A stretch of DNA of 64,000 nt from Selaginella moellendorffii (taxonomy: Eukaryota; Plantae; Lycopodiophyta). Below are positions 1 through 12,165 of the stretch, piece by piece. Under the pieces are notes generated by a model. The model saw only the letters and a program-made list of their open reading frames with translations. It had not been told where the DNA came from and did no database searches. Made by a program: the position numbers and the translations under genes. The stretch is taken from contig NW_003314348.1 in the NCBI RefSeq assembly GCF_000143415.4, positions 62,001 to 126,000 on the forward strand. The letters are read 5' to 3'. Each line of letters starts with the position of its first letter. Positions within the stretch are counted from its first letter, which is position 1.

Positions 1-157
1 TTTGGAAGTTCCTCTTGCAGATCTATTCTAAACCATTGCTCAAAGAGAATAAGCTACAAAACTATTCTTCATGCTGATACGAATTCTTGATCACAGTGGT
101 GCGGTCTGATTGATGATATACCAGAACAGTAAGTAACTCTTGATTTACTTTTAGAGC

Positions 158-1499
158 TCACCTTTGCATCTCCGACTCGCTCTTGCGCATGTCAATGACG
201 AACCGATACTTGACATCCGACTTTGCCAGCCGCTCCATGGCCTCGTTGACGCTGCCCATCGTGATCTGCTCAACGATGGCCGTCACGTTGTGCTCCCCGC
301 AGAAATCCATCATCTCCTGCGTCTCTTTGATGCCCCCGATCAGGCTCCCAGCGATCATCCGACGTCCTGGGACATAAACCACACAAGATGAGGCACAAGA
401 GGATTGAAACTCATGTGTTACCAGCAAGGAGAGTTATGGGTGCTATCTGCAAAGGAGCGTCCGGTGCTCCAACCAAGACCATCTTGCCATTTACTTTGAG
501 AAGCGCCAGCAGGGGCTCCAACGCGTGCTTCGCCGAGACGGTGTCAATGATATAGTCGATCGACATCGCGGCAGCCTGTGCACATATATAGAAGGAAATC
601 TTGCAAGAAACTAAGGTGATTCTTACCGCCATTTGTTCTTTGTCCGTGCTAACCAGGAAATCGTCCACTCCAAGCAGCTCCCTGGCTTCCCTCTCCTTCT
701 TTGGCGACGTGCTAATCACCGTGACTTTCATGCCAAAGGCCTTGCCGAACTTGACAGCCATATGCCCCAGGCCTCCCAGTCCCACCACTCCAAAGCTCCG
801 CCCAGCCTCCGCCATTCCAAAGTGTTTCATGGGGCTATACACCGTGATCCCGGCACACAGCAGTGGAGCTGCGGTGTCCAGCGGCAACTTTGCCGGGACC
901 TTGATCACAAAGCTGGGAAGTTCCATCAAGGAAAAGGTTGGCATACTGTTCATAGATGGAAGAAAAGCCAAACACTAACCTCTCGTCCACGACGATGGCG
1001 GTCGAGAAGCCTCCCATGGTGTGGCTTCCATCCGGTAAGTGAGAATTGTAAGTCCACACAAGCTTTGGGCAGTAGTTCTCCAGGCCTTCGTTGCAAGAGT
1101 GGCAGTCATGGCAAGAGCTAACGAGGCAGCCCACGGCCACACGGTCCCCGAGTGTAAAGCGGCTCACCGAGGAGCCCAGCTGTTCCACCACGCCAGTAAT
1201 CTCGTGCCTGGAATAATAGAATCGCAAGAAGATATAGTAGCTTACCCAGGAACAACGGGAAAAATCGTTATCCCCCATCCGTTCCTGATCTGGTGTAAGT
1301 CCGAGTGGCAGATTCCGCAGTAGAGGATCTTAATCACCACGTCCGTGGCACTGGGATTCCTGCGGAACTCTTGCAATTCATCGAATCGAGGGAGGGAAAG
1401 CTCCAAGGATTACCTCCGGGCGAGCTTGAAAGGGGCAAGAACACCCGCCGCATCCCTTGCCGCCATCGCCATCGCCTCAAATCCAGCGCTCTTGCCCAT
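158..1499 (-). CDS. CAD: Cinnamyl alcohol dehydrogenase-like zinc-dependent alcohol dehydrogenase, 6 exons
   Basis: Spliced ORF pieces give MGKSAG...CGICHSD...VPGHEITG (catalytic Zn), [15 protein letters not shown] (structural Zn), [20 protein letters not shown] (NADP binding) and C-terminal [13 protein letters not shown] introns at the junctions; ATG at 1499, stop at 158-160. Confidence 0.93.
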
Positions 1500-1631
1500 A
1501 TCTTCCCGATCGATCGAAGCGAGCACTCTCAGGGACGTAAAAGGACGTCCGGGGAACTCAACCACTACTTTTTGAAGGAATCTAATTGTGATAAAGTATA
1601 TTTTTGATATGATGGTTATGATATCAATAAT

Positions 1632-4600
1632 TATGAGTGCTTGGAATATGGAAAGGGAATACAAAACATATGCATATCAATTAACCCAAAAACTTTAAAT
1701 TATATACAAGAGTGAGTGGTTTGGATTGAAATCAATTTGACAGCTATCAAAATTCCATTATACTAATATTAGCTATACATTTGGCCCTCACATCATCCCC
1801 TCCTCTCAGAACATGCAGATATGTAAATGGTATTAATTGCTCTTAATCATTTTCTATAAAGCATTTCAACTGTTACACATGCACAATCTTTGGAGGATCG
1901 GCCTGCTATACGTTATGCCAAACCTCATAAACTTGTGGTTCGACTTGCCATAACACTCAATATGGTCCTTTCCACTGCACAAGGAGCTCTTTATATAAAC
2001 CACATACCATAAGATAGGGAAAATGGACTAACACCAAATCCTTCATTTTGTACTCTGCAGGTGGACAATGATAAGAGTTGTACCGCTATTGTTGTCCCAT
2101 TTGTACGTGGCCTAAGTGTTAGGCAAACTCTACTCAAACAAGTGGAAGAATGCTCATCAAATATTGATCTCATGACCTAGCATTGGCAGCACGTGGCAAT
2201 CGCGAAGGTAAACCCAGCTCCGTTGGTAATATTGGATCATAACCATATAAAAGTTTATATGGTGAAGCACCAACAGAACTCTACACCCCTGTGACATATG
2301 AATATCAAAGAGACGGTAAATAACCATCCCAATCCGAATGCTGAAAGTTCACATACTTCGCAATCATCCCCTTGAATGTCCAAACGAGCCATTCCACCAG
2401 ACCGTCTGATTGTGGATGATAAGCACTTGTGAAAGTGTGGCGTATCCCCAACCGAGACGTCAAAACATGAAATGCCTCAATCATAAATGCGGGACCATTA
2501 TCTGAAAGAATCCACTCTGGACAAGAATACTGGAACACCACTCGATTGAGGAGGAAGTATCCAATGGCAATTGCAGAGGCACTATCAAGAGCACCAACTT
2601 CCACCCAACAAGTCAAATAGTCAGAAGCAATAATAATATACTCATTGCCAACAGTCAATCGTGGAAAAGGTCCCATAAGATCAAATGCCACTAACTCAAA
2701 TGGATGGGAAACTACCAACCGTCCTTCCGCAGCCCGACGGGGAGTATTACAAACTTGGCACCAAACGCAGTTATGCACATACAGGATAATATCACGTCAC
2801 ATCTCTGGCCAATAGAAAGACCTGCGCAGCTTCTCGGTTACATGACGATGTCCCATATACCCACCTAGAACAAGAGAATCACGGTAAGCCTGGAGAAACC
2901 GTGGAACAAAAATAAAAGGCACCATTAGCTATAAATGATTATTAGGATCCGTCCTCACAAAATAAAGAAGGCCGTCTTCAAAGCGATATTGAGAATATAA
3001 ATGCCAAAAAGGCAAGTCATCAGCAAGTGATGCAAGATTTTCAAACCCATCTCAAAGCCTTTAAATTCATAGCTCAATCTTTTGAGCTTCGCGAACCTCA
3101 TCAAGAGAAGGTAGATCTTGCTCTGTGCCTTGTGGATACTAAACGTCAAGTACAGCAACCGCCGATAGCACAGAATCCTCATCTAGAAAATCCACAGAGG
3201 CTGGAACAATAGGCTCGTCAGAAACATGAGAAGAAAATGGAGAAGGAAGAGGAGCTTGAGAAAGAGCATCAGCATCAGCCATAGAACTCCCTAGTTGATG
3301 AACAACATCAAAATTATATATTTGAAGTTTCAAAGCCTATCGAGCAGTACGACCAACCAGGTTCTTCCATTTTAATAATGAAGTAATAGCAGCATGATCA
3401 CCTTCAAGTAACATCCGAGAACCATGTAGATATGCATGAAGTTTCTCGAAACCCCAAACTACTGCTAAACACTCCTTTGTCGTGGAGTAGTTCATTTCCA
3501 CTGGTTGTAATATATGGCTTATATACGCAATAGGATGGCGCTGACCAGGCACACTCGAGCTCTCTTGCATCAACACACCTCCAAAACCAATGTCAAAAGC
3601 ATCCATGCACAAAATAAAAGGTCAAGTGTAGTTAGAATATGCCAAAACCGGAGGAGTTGTCAATAGCTCTTTAAGATCCCTAAACGCCCGCTCACAATCC
3701 AGAGACTAGATGAAAGATGATGTTGATGACTTCAACAACGCTCGCAATAGTGTAGTGTGATCAAAAAGATGATCCACAAAACGACTAAGATACTACACCT
3801 TGCCTAAGAAGCACTACACATCATTCACACACTTTGGAGTAGGGAACTTTAAAACAGCCACAAGTTTGTCAGGATCAACTTGCAAACCCTCACGAGAAAT
3901 ACAGTATCTAGGGTAAGTTGTATCTTGGACCCAAACACCCACTTCGACCACTTCAGTTTTAAACCAGCATCGCGTAGCTGATCCAACACTTTACAAACAT
4001 CACGAACATGCTCCTCCCATGTCCCCTTTGAGTGAATCAAGACATCATTAATGAAGTTAGTAGTGACCTCCAGCATATTGCAAGAACCTCATCCATCATC
4101 TGCTGGAAAGTTGCTAGAACATTGTTCAAACCAAACGGCGTCACCAAAAACTCGTACAAACCAAATAGTGTACGAAAAGTAGTCTTAGGAATATCTTCTT
4201 CAGCCATTAGTACTTGTCAATACCTAGAAGCAAGATCTAGTTTGGTGAACTAATGACTTCGCCCTAGACGATCCAAGAGATCAGCAGTGTGAGGAGGGTA
4301 CACATCTGGGATCATCACTTCATTTAATGGACAATAGTCGATGTAGAAATGAATACTCCCATTAAGCTTCGTCACAAGATTAGGTTTACATGCCCAAAAA
4401 CTCCGCTACTTCTGAATAACACCCTTCTCCAACATCTCCTTGACATTTGCACATAAAATCTTGATCTCCTTGGGTGACTGATGACGAACGGGAACCTTGA
4501 TTGGACGAGCATCCCCGGTTGGAATTGGATGACATGTGGCAACCTTGGCCCCAAACTATAGGTCAAATTCAAAGAGATCAGAATACTCTTTCATAAGCCG

Positions 4601-6306
4601 GTCCACCGCTGCAACATAAAGATCGTTGGAGGGATCGGAAAAGGGAAGAGCAGAACAAGATAGAAACATAGGAGGAAATAGTGGGGGAACAAAAGTAATG
4701 AAAGCAGAGGTAGAAGGAGAGGGACAAAAAGGTACAGAAGTGAGAGGAATGGATGAAACATAAGGAAGTATGAGATAAAGGGGAGAAGCCTGAAAGTCAC
4801 ACTTGGCATGATTGTGTTGCAACCAATCCATACCAAGAATGAGGTCAAACGCTTGACTCGGCACCACCCGCAACGACTGCAACTCAAGCTCAAGATCGCC
4901 CACACGCACAACCAGGTCCTCCTCATCCCGTGCACATGCATGTGTACGGCCGTTGCCATAAAGAATGAAAACTAGTTTTGCCACATGATGCAAGTATAGA
5001 CGACAATGTGTGGCAACAGGACGAGCAATAGAAAATAAACTCGAACCTATATCAACCAACACGGAGAGAACAATAGGAGACCTCTTGTTATAAAAACAAG
5101 CTTGGAAAGTAAACACTGGATGAACTGGTGCCGAGTGAACCCCTTGATGATACCCCCGAAAGAAAAATGGAAGGGTCACTGACTTATTCGCGCAAGGTCC
5201 CTCAGTTTACTCGCGTGAGTCCTCGTTTCCCGGATGCATCTTGGTGTCCAAACCTTCCACTGTAGCAACACTAATGGGACGTTGTTGACACCAAGGTCTT
5301 TGAAGATGTTCGGGAGAACACTCTAATCCCCACGAGTGGCTACACTCAAACCATTGTACCATTGCAACGCCATCCCTTGGAAACACATGGGAAACTCACG
5401 CAAACATTGAGTATTATCCGAAGAATGATATGTGGCAATCACTATGAAGTGATCAAACCAATGGTACACATTATCCCCAAGATTCCTGCGAAAGAACTCC
5501 GGTCGAATGCGAGGATTGGCACTAAGAGGAGGAGGAGTTGTACCACGTGTCGTGAATGTCACCATAAATTGAGTTTGGTTGTTCAATTGCAAACACATAG
5601 CATCAAGCAATTGGACCAACTGCTGCTCAATGTAAGCAACCAAAGAGAACGACTTGAGAGACGATCCGTTGGAGTTCAAATATAGAGGGAAAAGGGCCCA
5701 TGAACAAGAGTGCACCCCCTTTTCCAATTGGTTAAGGGTCTTGGGATATTTGGGGTTAAGTGTCCTTGGGTTTGAATAGTACTGGGCTGGGTGACCTCCC
5801 GGGGAAGTCCAAACTCAAGAGCTTACACTCAAGAGTTAAAGGAGAAGATTGTTAATCTGCTATGAAGATGAATGAAAAAGAAAGAGTAAAAGAAGATAAA
5901 TGACAAAAAGTTAGAAGGAAATAGTAGATCTAGACAATGCAAAAAGCTAAATCTAAAGGAAATGGAAAAAACTAAATCTAGATAATGCAAAAGCTAGATC
6001 TAAACCAAAATCCCAAATTCAAGCACTCCTCAGAAGGTGCTATTCACCTCCACCAATATGAGTGGAATATAGAAAGGGAATACAGAAAATGTGCATATCA
6101 ATTAGCCTAATCCTCAGAAGGTGCTATTCACCTCCACCAATATGAGTGGAATATAGAAAGGGAATACAGAAAATGTGCATATCAATTAGCCTAAAAACCC
6201 TAGCTCAGGAGTGAGTGGTCCGAATTGAAACTAATTCGATGACTACCAAAATCCCACTACGCTAATATTAGTATATAGCATTGTAGCCGTACACTTAGCT
6301 CTCACA
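1632..6306 (-). mobile_element. Decayed Ty3/gypsy LTR retrotransposon A (short LTRs, tRNA-Ala-type PBS)
   Basis: LTRs 1632-1792 and 6141-6306 with T(A/G)TGAG...CTCACA termini; PPT complement TCATCCCCTCCTCTC at 1793; PBS complement CACCTCCACCA before 6141. Fragmented gag, protease (VLVDIGSS), RT (FINDVLIHS), RNase H (ECLAVVWGFEK) and integrase (FDLMGPFP, SDNGPAF, YHPQSDGLVE) in gypsy order. No TSD visible. Confidence 0.9.
6027..6194. repeat. Perfect 84-bp tandem duplication spanning the PBS/LTR junction of element A
   Basis: 6027-6110 and 6111-6194 are identical (TCCTCAGAAGGTGC...ATTAGCCTAA). Confidence 0.95.
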
Positions 6307-6463
6307 GAACGATATTATAACCTTGAACGATGGTCATGTGGCTTTGGTTTGGGCGAAATTTAAAATCTCTTAAAGTGGTTTGAAAATTCTACTTGGTGTT
6401 TAAGCAAAACTTAAGGGACTAATATACTTAGAATATACTTGGATTTTCTAGGATATTTTACCC

Positions 6464-7024
6464 TTATTCAGTTAAATTAATCTTATAATTTATAATCATA
6501 TTTATAATTTATAAACTTTCCTAAACACTTCATAATATATTCTTTAATATTCTACCATCTAATGGTTAATATGCAATAAGATTAATCTTGATTTACAAAT
6601 TATAAACATGTTTATAATTATTGATCAATTGGATTATTCAATGGCACTACAATTAAGCAAACCAAATGTTGTTTCATGCAAACATACAGCAATATATTTA
6701 AATTGTGGTGTCAAGACTTTTTACTTAAAATATGAATTCAGATAGTTTTGTTAATTCAGATAATATAAATATTTCTTCAAAAGATATAATTAAAACTTAT
6801 ATAGAAATACAAGAAGAATTAAAATTTTGCATGCCGCATGTGCTTAATAAAAGTGTTATTCCTGTTTATTAATAAAATTGGAAGTTTATAATCATAAATA
6901 AAAAGAAACCTAATTTTATTACATATTGGTAGAATAAATTAGAATATACTAAGAAGTGTTTAGGAAAGTTGACAACTCATAACATGTTTATAAATTATAA
7001 ATACAATATTAATATAAATGAACA
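6464..7024. mobile_element. AT-rich MITE/foldback-like element with degenerate ~95-bp inverted arms
   Basis: AACTTTCCTAAACACTT near 6515 mirrors AAGTGTTTAGGAAAGTT near 6954; similarity extends over about 6464-6557 and 6927-7024. No TSD resolved. Confidence 0.55.
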
Positions 7025-7198
7025 ACAATTATTCAATAGTAGAACATTACCTACAACAAGAGACGCATTGGTGGTTAGAAAAGTGAAAAACTAAGTTCCA
7101 GCCACAGGAGTACTGCATGAGAAGCCAAAGTCAACGCTGATGGTATCTGCAGCTGAATGGTGGAAACAGAATCAGTGTACATGGAGAATAGTACGCGA

Positions 7199-9147
7199 AT
7201 GTATTTCAAAACGAAGTTGTACGCCATCATTGCCACGTCAGTGTACCCGCCATTTCGAGTCCTCCGGTGCTCAAGCATGGCGACGATGTGCTTGTTTCTT
7301 ATGGGGGGCTCTACTACAATGCCAAGGTGATTTCAAAGGTTTCGAAGCTAGGTTTTAGCGATCTTAGCGATCCCATGGCAAATGCAGGTCACCAACATCA
7401 AGTTTCGAGCGAATGCTTGGCGGTATTTAGTGCATTACACGGTTTGTTTGAGACTACCAAGAAATGTGTCAGTGGATTTTATTGTCCTGTATTTTTGCAG
7501 GGATGGAGCAAAAAGTAGTGTAACCCTTTGATATTAATCTAGGCAACAATTTTCTTGGCCTCGATTCTTGGTTTTGCAGATTTGACGAGTGGGTTCGCAG
7601 CAATCGCATTTTCGACGAGAAGGCCAGGGGCCAGCTTAAGATCGCCCCAAAGGTAAAGCAGGAGCTTGGTTTCAGCGATGGATTGAACCGGCAGGAGGCA
7701 AATCCTTCGGACTCGCTGTCCAAAGTCTCCAAAGTCGAGCAGTCCAAGCGTTGCAAGAGTCGGCCTTCTGTGGGAGCCACTGCTGAGAGGGGAAAGATGA
7801 TAAAAACTCCTAAACAGGAGTTTATAATCGAGAGCCCTAGCGATTTGGGAAAACAGGACGCGAAGCTTCTTCCAATTCAGGTACCGTAGTTTCTTTCAAT
7901 GCTACTTTACTATTGCTTTGTCTCTTTTCTTTTCTGTTGCTAGATTGTTCTGCCGAGAACTTTGCGGCGACATCTGCAGGATCACAAGGATCGCATCGAG
8001 AACCTCCAACTCACAAGACTTCCCAAGAAACCCAGCGTGGAGGACATTCTGAAATTGTATCAAGACCACAGGATGCTCAAGAGAGGAAAAGCTGAGAGGT
8101 GTATATATAATGCCGTCAAGTTTCATTGTGCAAACTTTTGCCTTCCAGGATTGACGTCGAGGTTTCAAACGGCCTGCGGTATTACTTCGACAGAACTCTC
8201 AAGAACTTGCTCTTGTACCCGGCAGAACGGAAGCAATATGCAACCTTGCTTTCGCTCAACAGCGACATTGTACCGTCCACGATCTATGGAGCCGAGCATT
8301 TGCTTCGTCTCTTCCGTAAGTGATGAGCTTTCCACCTTTAAGCCCTCTTAACAAATCACCTAGATAACAGCCAAACTCGCGGAGCTTCTCGTGTATGATC
8401 AGCTCAAAGAGAAAGAGGTGTCCGAGCTCGAAGACAAAGTGATGGAGATAATGCTGTAAGTGGACCATTGCAATCTTCTTCTTGTTTGTTTGACTCAAGA
8501 AGCCATGGCAGATTCATTGAGGGAAACGAGTCGCAGTTCCTGTGTGCTTAATCGAACCATAGACGTATCAGGTGGTGAAACGATCCCCAAACGATTAAGT
8601 TCGCTTTCATCGTTTCATGATGTGGTAGCTTGTGGATTTTGTAATTTTATGGTTATAGCACTCTCGCGCGAGCGACGAGCTACTGGAAACTAGATAGCTT
8701 TTCACTGATGCCATTAACAATTCTCAGTGAATTGACGGACTTTTGGCTCGAGAACAAAGCTGCTAGCAATCGAAAATCATTGCACGAGAGGAGTGTGGCT
8801 CCCTCTCTTGCTACTCTACTTTGTCGATATTTCTATAGTAGATTGGAACACAAGCAGACAGTGTGGACCACACCTCGACCATTAGTTAAAAAAGAGAAAG
8901 TTTCTTCCTTCTTTATCTTCCCCAAGGACAAGCAGACCTCTGTACATGTCAACGTTCACTTCTTTTCTATCAGCAAGCAAGCGAGCAAAACGAAAGAATC
9001 GAGCCAGGGGTCGAACACTGCATCATCTCTTTTTTCTCCTTTCCTTGTTGCTTGCTCTTTTGGCGGCCTCTCAAGAAGAAAAGAAAAAGAGAGACAAGCA
9101 CAGTTGGATTCAATCGGATTCCCCTGTGTTTCTGTACCTCCCCTTGG
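7199..9147 (+). repeat. Copy 1 of a ~1.95 kb inverted segmental duplication (partner 50705-52673)
   Basis: Near-identical ORF sets on opposite strands (e.g. 7962-8351 + versus 51513-51902 -), including introns and 3' flank. Confidence 0.95.
7261..8551 (+). pseudogene. MRG15/Eaf3-family gene copy lacking its start codon
   Basis: Same exons as the copy at 51304-52609, but about 8 bp containing the ATG (CATGGACC) are missing at ~7261; the conserved KLPELL reads KLAELL here. Confidence 0.75.
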
Positions 9148-9893
9148 CCCCTTACAAGTTTGCTTACCAACATAGCAGAGATAATATCATAATTCCATTG
9201 TGATATCTAAAAGGGTTTGTAAAAATAAAATATAAATAATTAAAATATTTATAAATCAAAGTTAAACAAAAAACTGTGGTCAGTGTGGGTGGGGAAACTT
9301 GAAGAAGGCACCAAGACGAAAGTTCTGACAATAACTAGTTGAATGGACAATGTGGATTTGCACATTTTGAAGGGGTGGGAGCAAAAACAAATATTAAAAC
9401 TATAGCATTGAAATAATATGAGAAAATAATTACAAATATACAATTACTAGTTATTGATAAAGTAGCATTTTAAATTAAGAGATTAAATGAAGTACACAGT
9501 TTATATAAATTTTTTATAAATTTAAGAACACTTGAAATTATAAAATATTTGAAAAGATAATATCAAAGATTATGAATTACATAGATAATAAGACAATATA
9601 GAAATAAAAAAATTATACAAAAATAAAAATAATGAATCCTACTAAAAAAGATAAAGATATGAAAATTTTAAACTTTGAAGTTCCGCTATTAAAAGTAACA
9701 TAATAATATCCATATACTATATACAAATAATCAAGTACAACATTAAGACTCCATCTTGAATGAAAAGTTTAATTTAATAACAAAAAATCATTCATTAGAA
9801 TATTAATGAAAGGATTAAAACTTTAATATTAAACTATTTATGAAATAATTTAATTACAAACTATAAAGTTTATAAATATATATATGTATATAC

Positions 9894-12165
9894 ATGTATT
9901 ACCTTACATAGATAATACACTAATTATAGTACTAAAGCATATTGACCATCCATATCATATTTGAATATGATCTATCCATCCAAAGCACTCACATTAGTGG
10001 AGATGAAGGGCAATGCAATTTGTACTTAAAGGGCAAAGTTTTTTGGCAATGCTTTACTTTAATATTCAGGATTGTGTTTTTCTTTTTTATTTCTTCATTC
10101 TCTTTTAAATTTAGATTTGTATTAGCTTTTTGCAAGATCTAGAATTTTAGCTATTGCTATGCTTATATTTGTTCTTTCTTCTAATCTTTATTGGATTCTC
10201 TTCTTCTACCATGCCACATTGTCATTGATCAAGGAGTATGTTATTTGAGATTGTTTATGCTATTCTTTTGGATTGAACTTTTGGTGCTGTGTCATATTAA
10301 TGTTACATTAGTCCTTGATGTATTGCCATCTTTAACTTTTATGGGACATGATTATACAATTTGTCTTGTTTTCGGTGTTCTGCCATCTTTAGTTGATGTG
10401 AAGTGTGATTGTGACATTGATTGGCAATCTATGGATAATCCAGTTCAATTCTTGAAAAATATTTGAGGATCAAATTTATGAAAAGATGATATGTACAAAC
10501 TCTAGTGGATTCTAGATTATGATGACAAGTTTAATTATTATAAAGATTGTTTTGGAGATGAAGTGAAGATTTTGTAGGGTAAATATCAATCCTTCAATTT
10601 GCCATTTAATCTTTTCTCTTTACCTTTTGCTATTTCTCAACCTTTTTTTATTTCTTAGCTTGAGCCACTTTTTCATATTCTTAGTGTTCCTTCCTCCTCT
10701 GCAATATTTCATTTTCTTGGTATATTGATTATTTCTGACTCTTATGATTCTCATTCTTAATCTAGGGTTGAGTTAAGTGTTTTCTATCTTCCTCATACTA
10801 ATATGGATGTTGAGTATGTATATGAAATAGAGAATTTTACTTTTGTTTCATTAACAAAGTCTTTGATTAATTCTAATATTGAGTATTTCCATATTTCAAG
10901 GGTTAAGTCACTTTGGCCAGAATTTCAAGTTGTGTCTCCACTTATTAGTGTTACTAGGAGCTTTTGTTTTCTTATTGTTGCTAAAAAGTTTATGTATTCC
11001 CTCGAGAGTGTAGATATTATTATTGATTTTCCCATCTCAAGTGTTGAGTTATATATTGAGGAAGTTGAATGGTGTGAATTTTTTGTTTATATTGTGGTGG
11101 CAAAAGTATTTTATGATAAGAAGTCCCCTATTTTCCAAACTTTAAACATATATCCTTTTAATTTTATTATTGTTGCATTGCCAGCTTCTGTAAATTTTTC
11201 TTCCAATGCTTTTTGATCCATTTTTTTTTCTTCTACAATGGTTTTTCCTCAGTTTTTCTCACTTTCTCTTTTTGTTTTGACATTTCAAAAAATAATTCTT
11301 TAGAGGGGGGGAGGGGTGGTTAGAGGGAAGGTATAGTAGTTTGGCCTCGACAATAAAGTGAGGATAAGTGACTATGGTAGTAAAGTGAAGATGAATAATG
11401 GAATGAGGACAAGTATAGTGAGTCCGAATAGAACATTTAGCCCTGGCATAGTGAGGCTAAACGAATATGATAATGGAATAAAGCCAAATATAGATAATAA
11501 AGTGAGGACGAGCATAGCAAATCCAAACAAAGATAGTGTTTTAGAATTTATTTTCCTTCAAGGAGGGCATAAAGAAGATATAGAGGACAAACAGAGTGAA
11601 TCCAACCTATTATATACAGTGTTAGACAAGGATAATGATTGTGAGTTTAAGTTAATATAGATTTCAAATATTAACCAAAAGGAAGGCATAAGTAAGTTTT
11701 ACTTATGGTCCTAAGTCCTAGTTAATGATGGTTTTGGAGGATCATCAATAGATACACTTAGAGATAGGATATATTATTTGCTACAATGGTGCTTTATGGA
11801 CTACAATGGCTCTTGAAGTTCTTTACTTTGGTTTAAAGTTATGGTTTCAATGTTGGTTTAAACATTTAGTAGTTGCACATAGAGTTGCAATTGGTTTATT
11901 AAGATTCCGTAATTGACTAATACTTATGCTATGGCTCTAGATTTTGTTTCAATCATGGTTGTCAACAACTTTGTTATTAGTTTTGTGGGAGCTACAGATT
12001 CTTATGATAATTTGTTATTGTTCAATAAAATTATTGTCATTACCTTTTCATTTTCCAAAGAGGAAGATGGTGTAAGGTTTGTAAATACATATGCATGTAT
12101 TATCCTGCTTAGATAATACACTAATTATAGTACTAAAGCATATAAAGTCTGGTCCATCCACATAT
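9894..12165. mobile_element. Heavily decayed AT-rich transposon relic bounded by ~65-bp direct repeats
   Basis: TAGATAATACACTAATTATAGTACTAAAGCATAT occurs at ~9908 and ~12110; the interior has only stop-riddled ORF scraps. Family not assignable by eye. Confidence 0.4.

Noticed and set aside
8708-9175. 155-aa ORF repeated at 50657-51145
   Set aside because: Its apparent conservation only reflects the recent duplication; low-complexity 3' flank with no domain.
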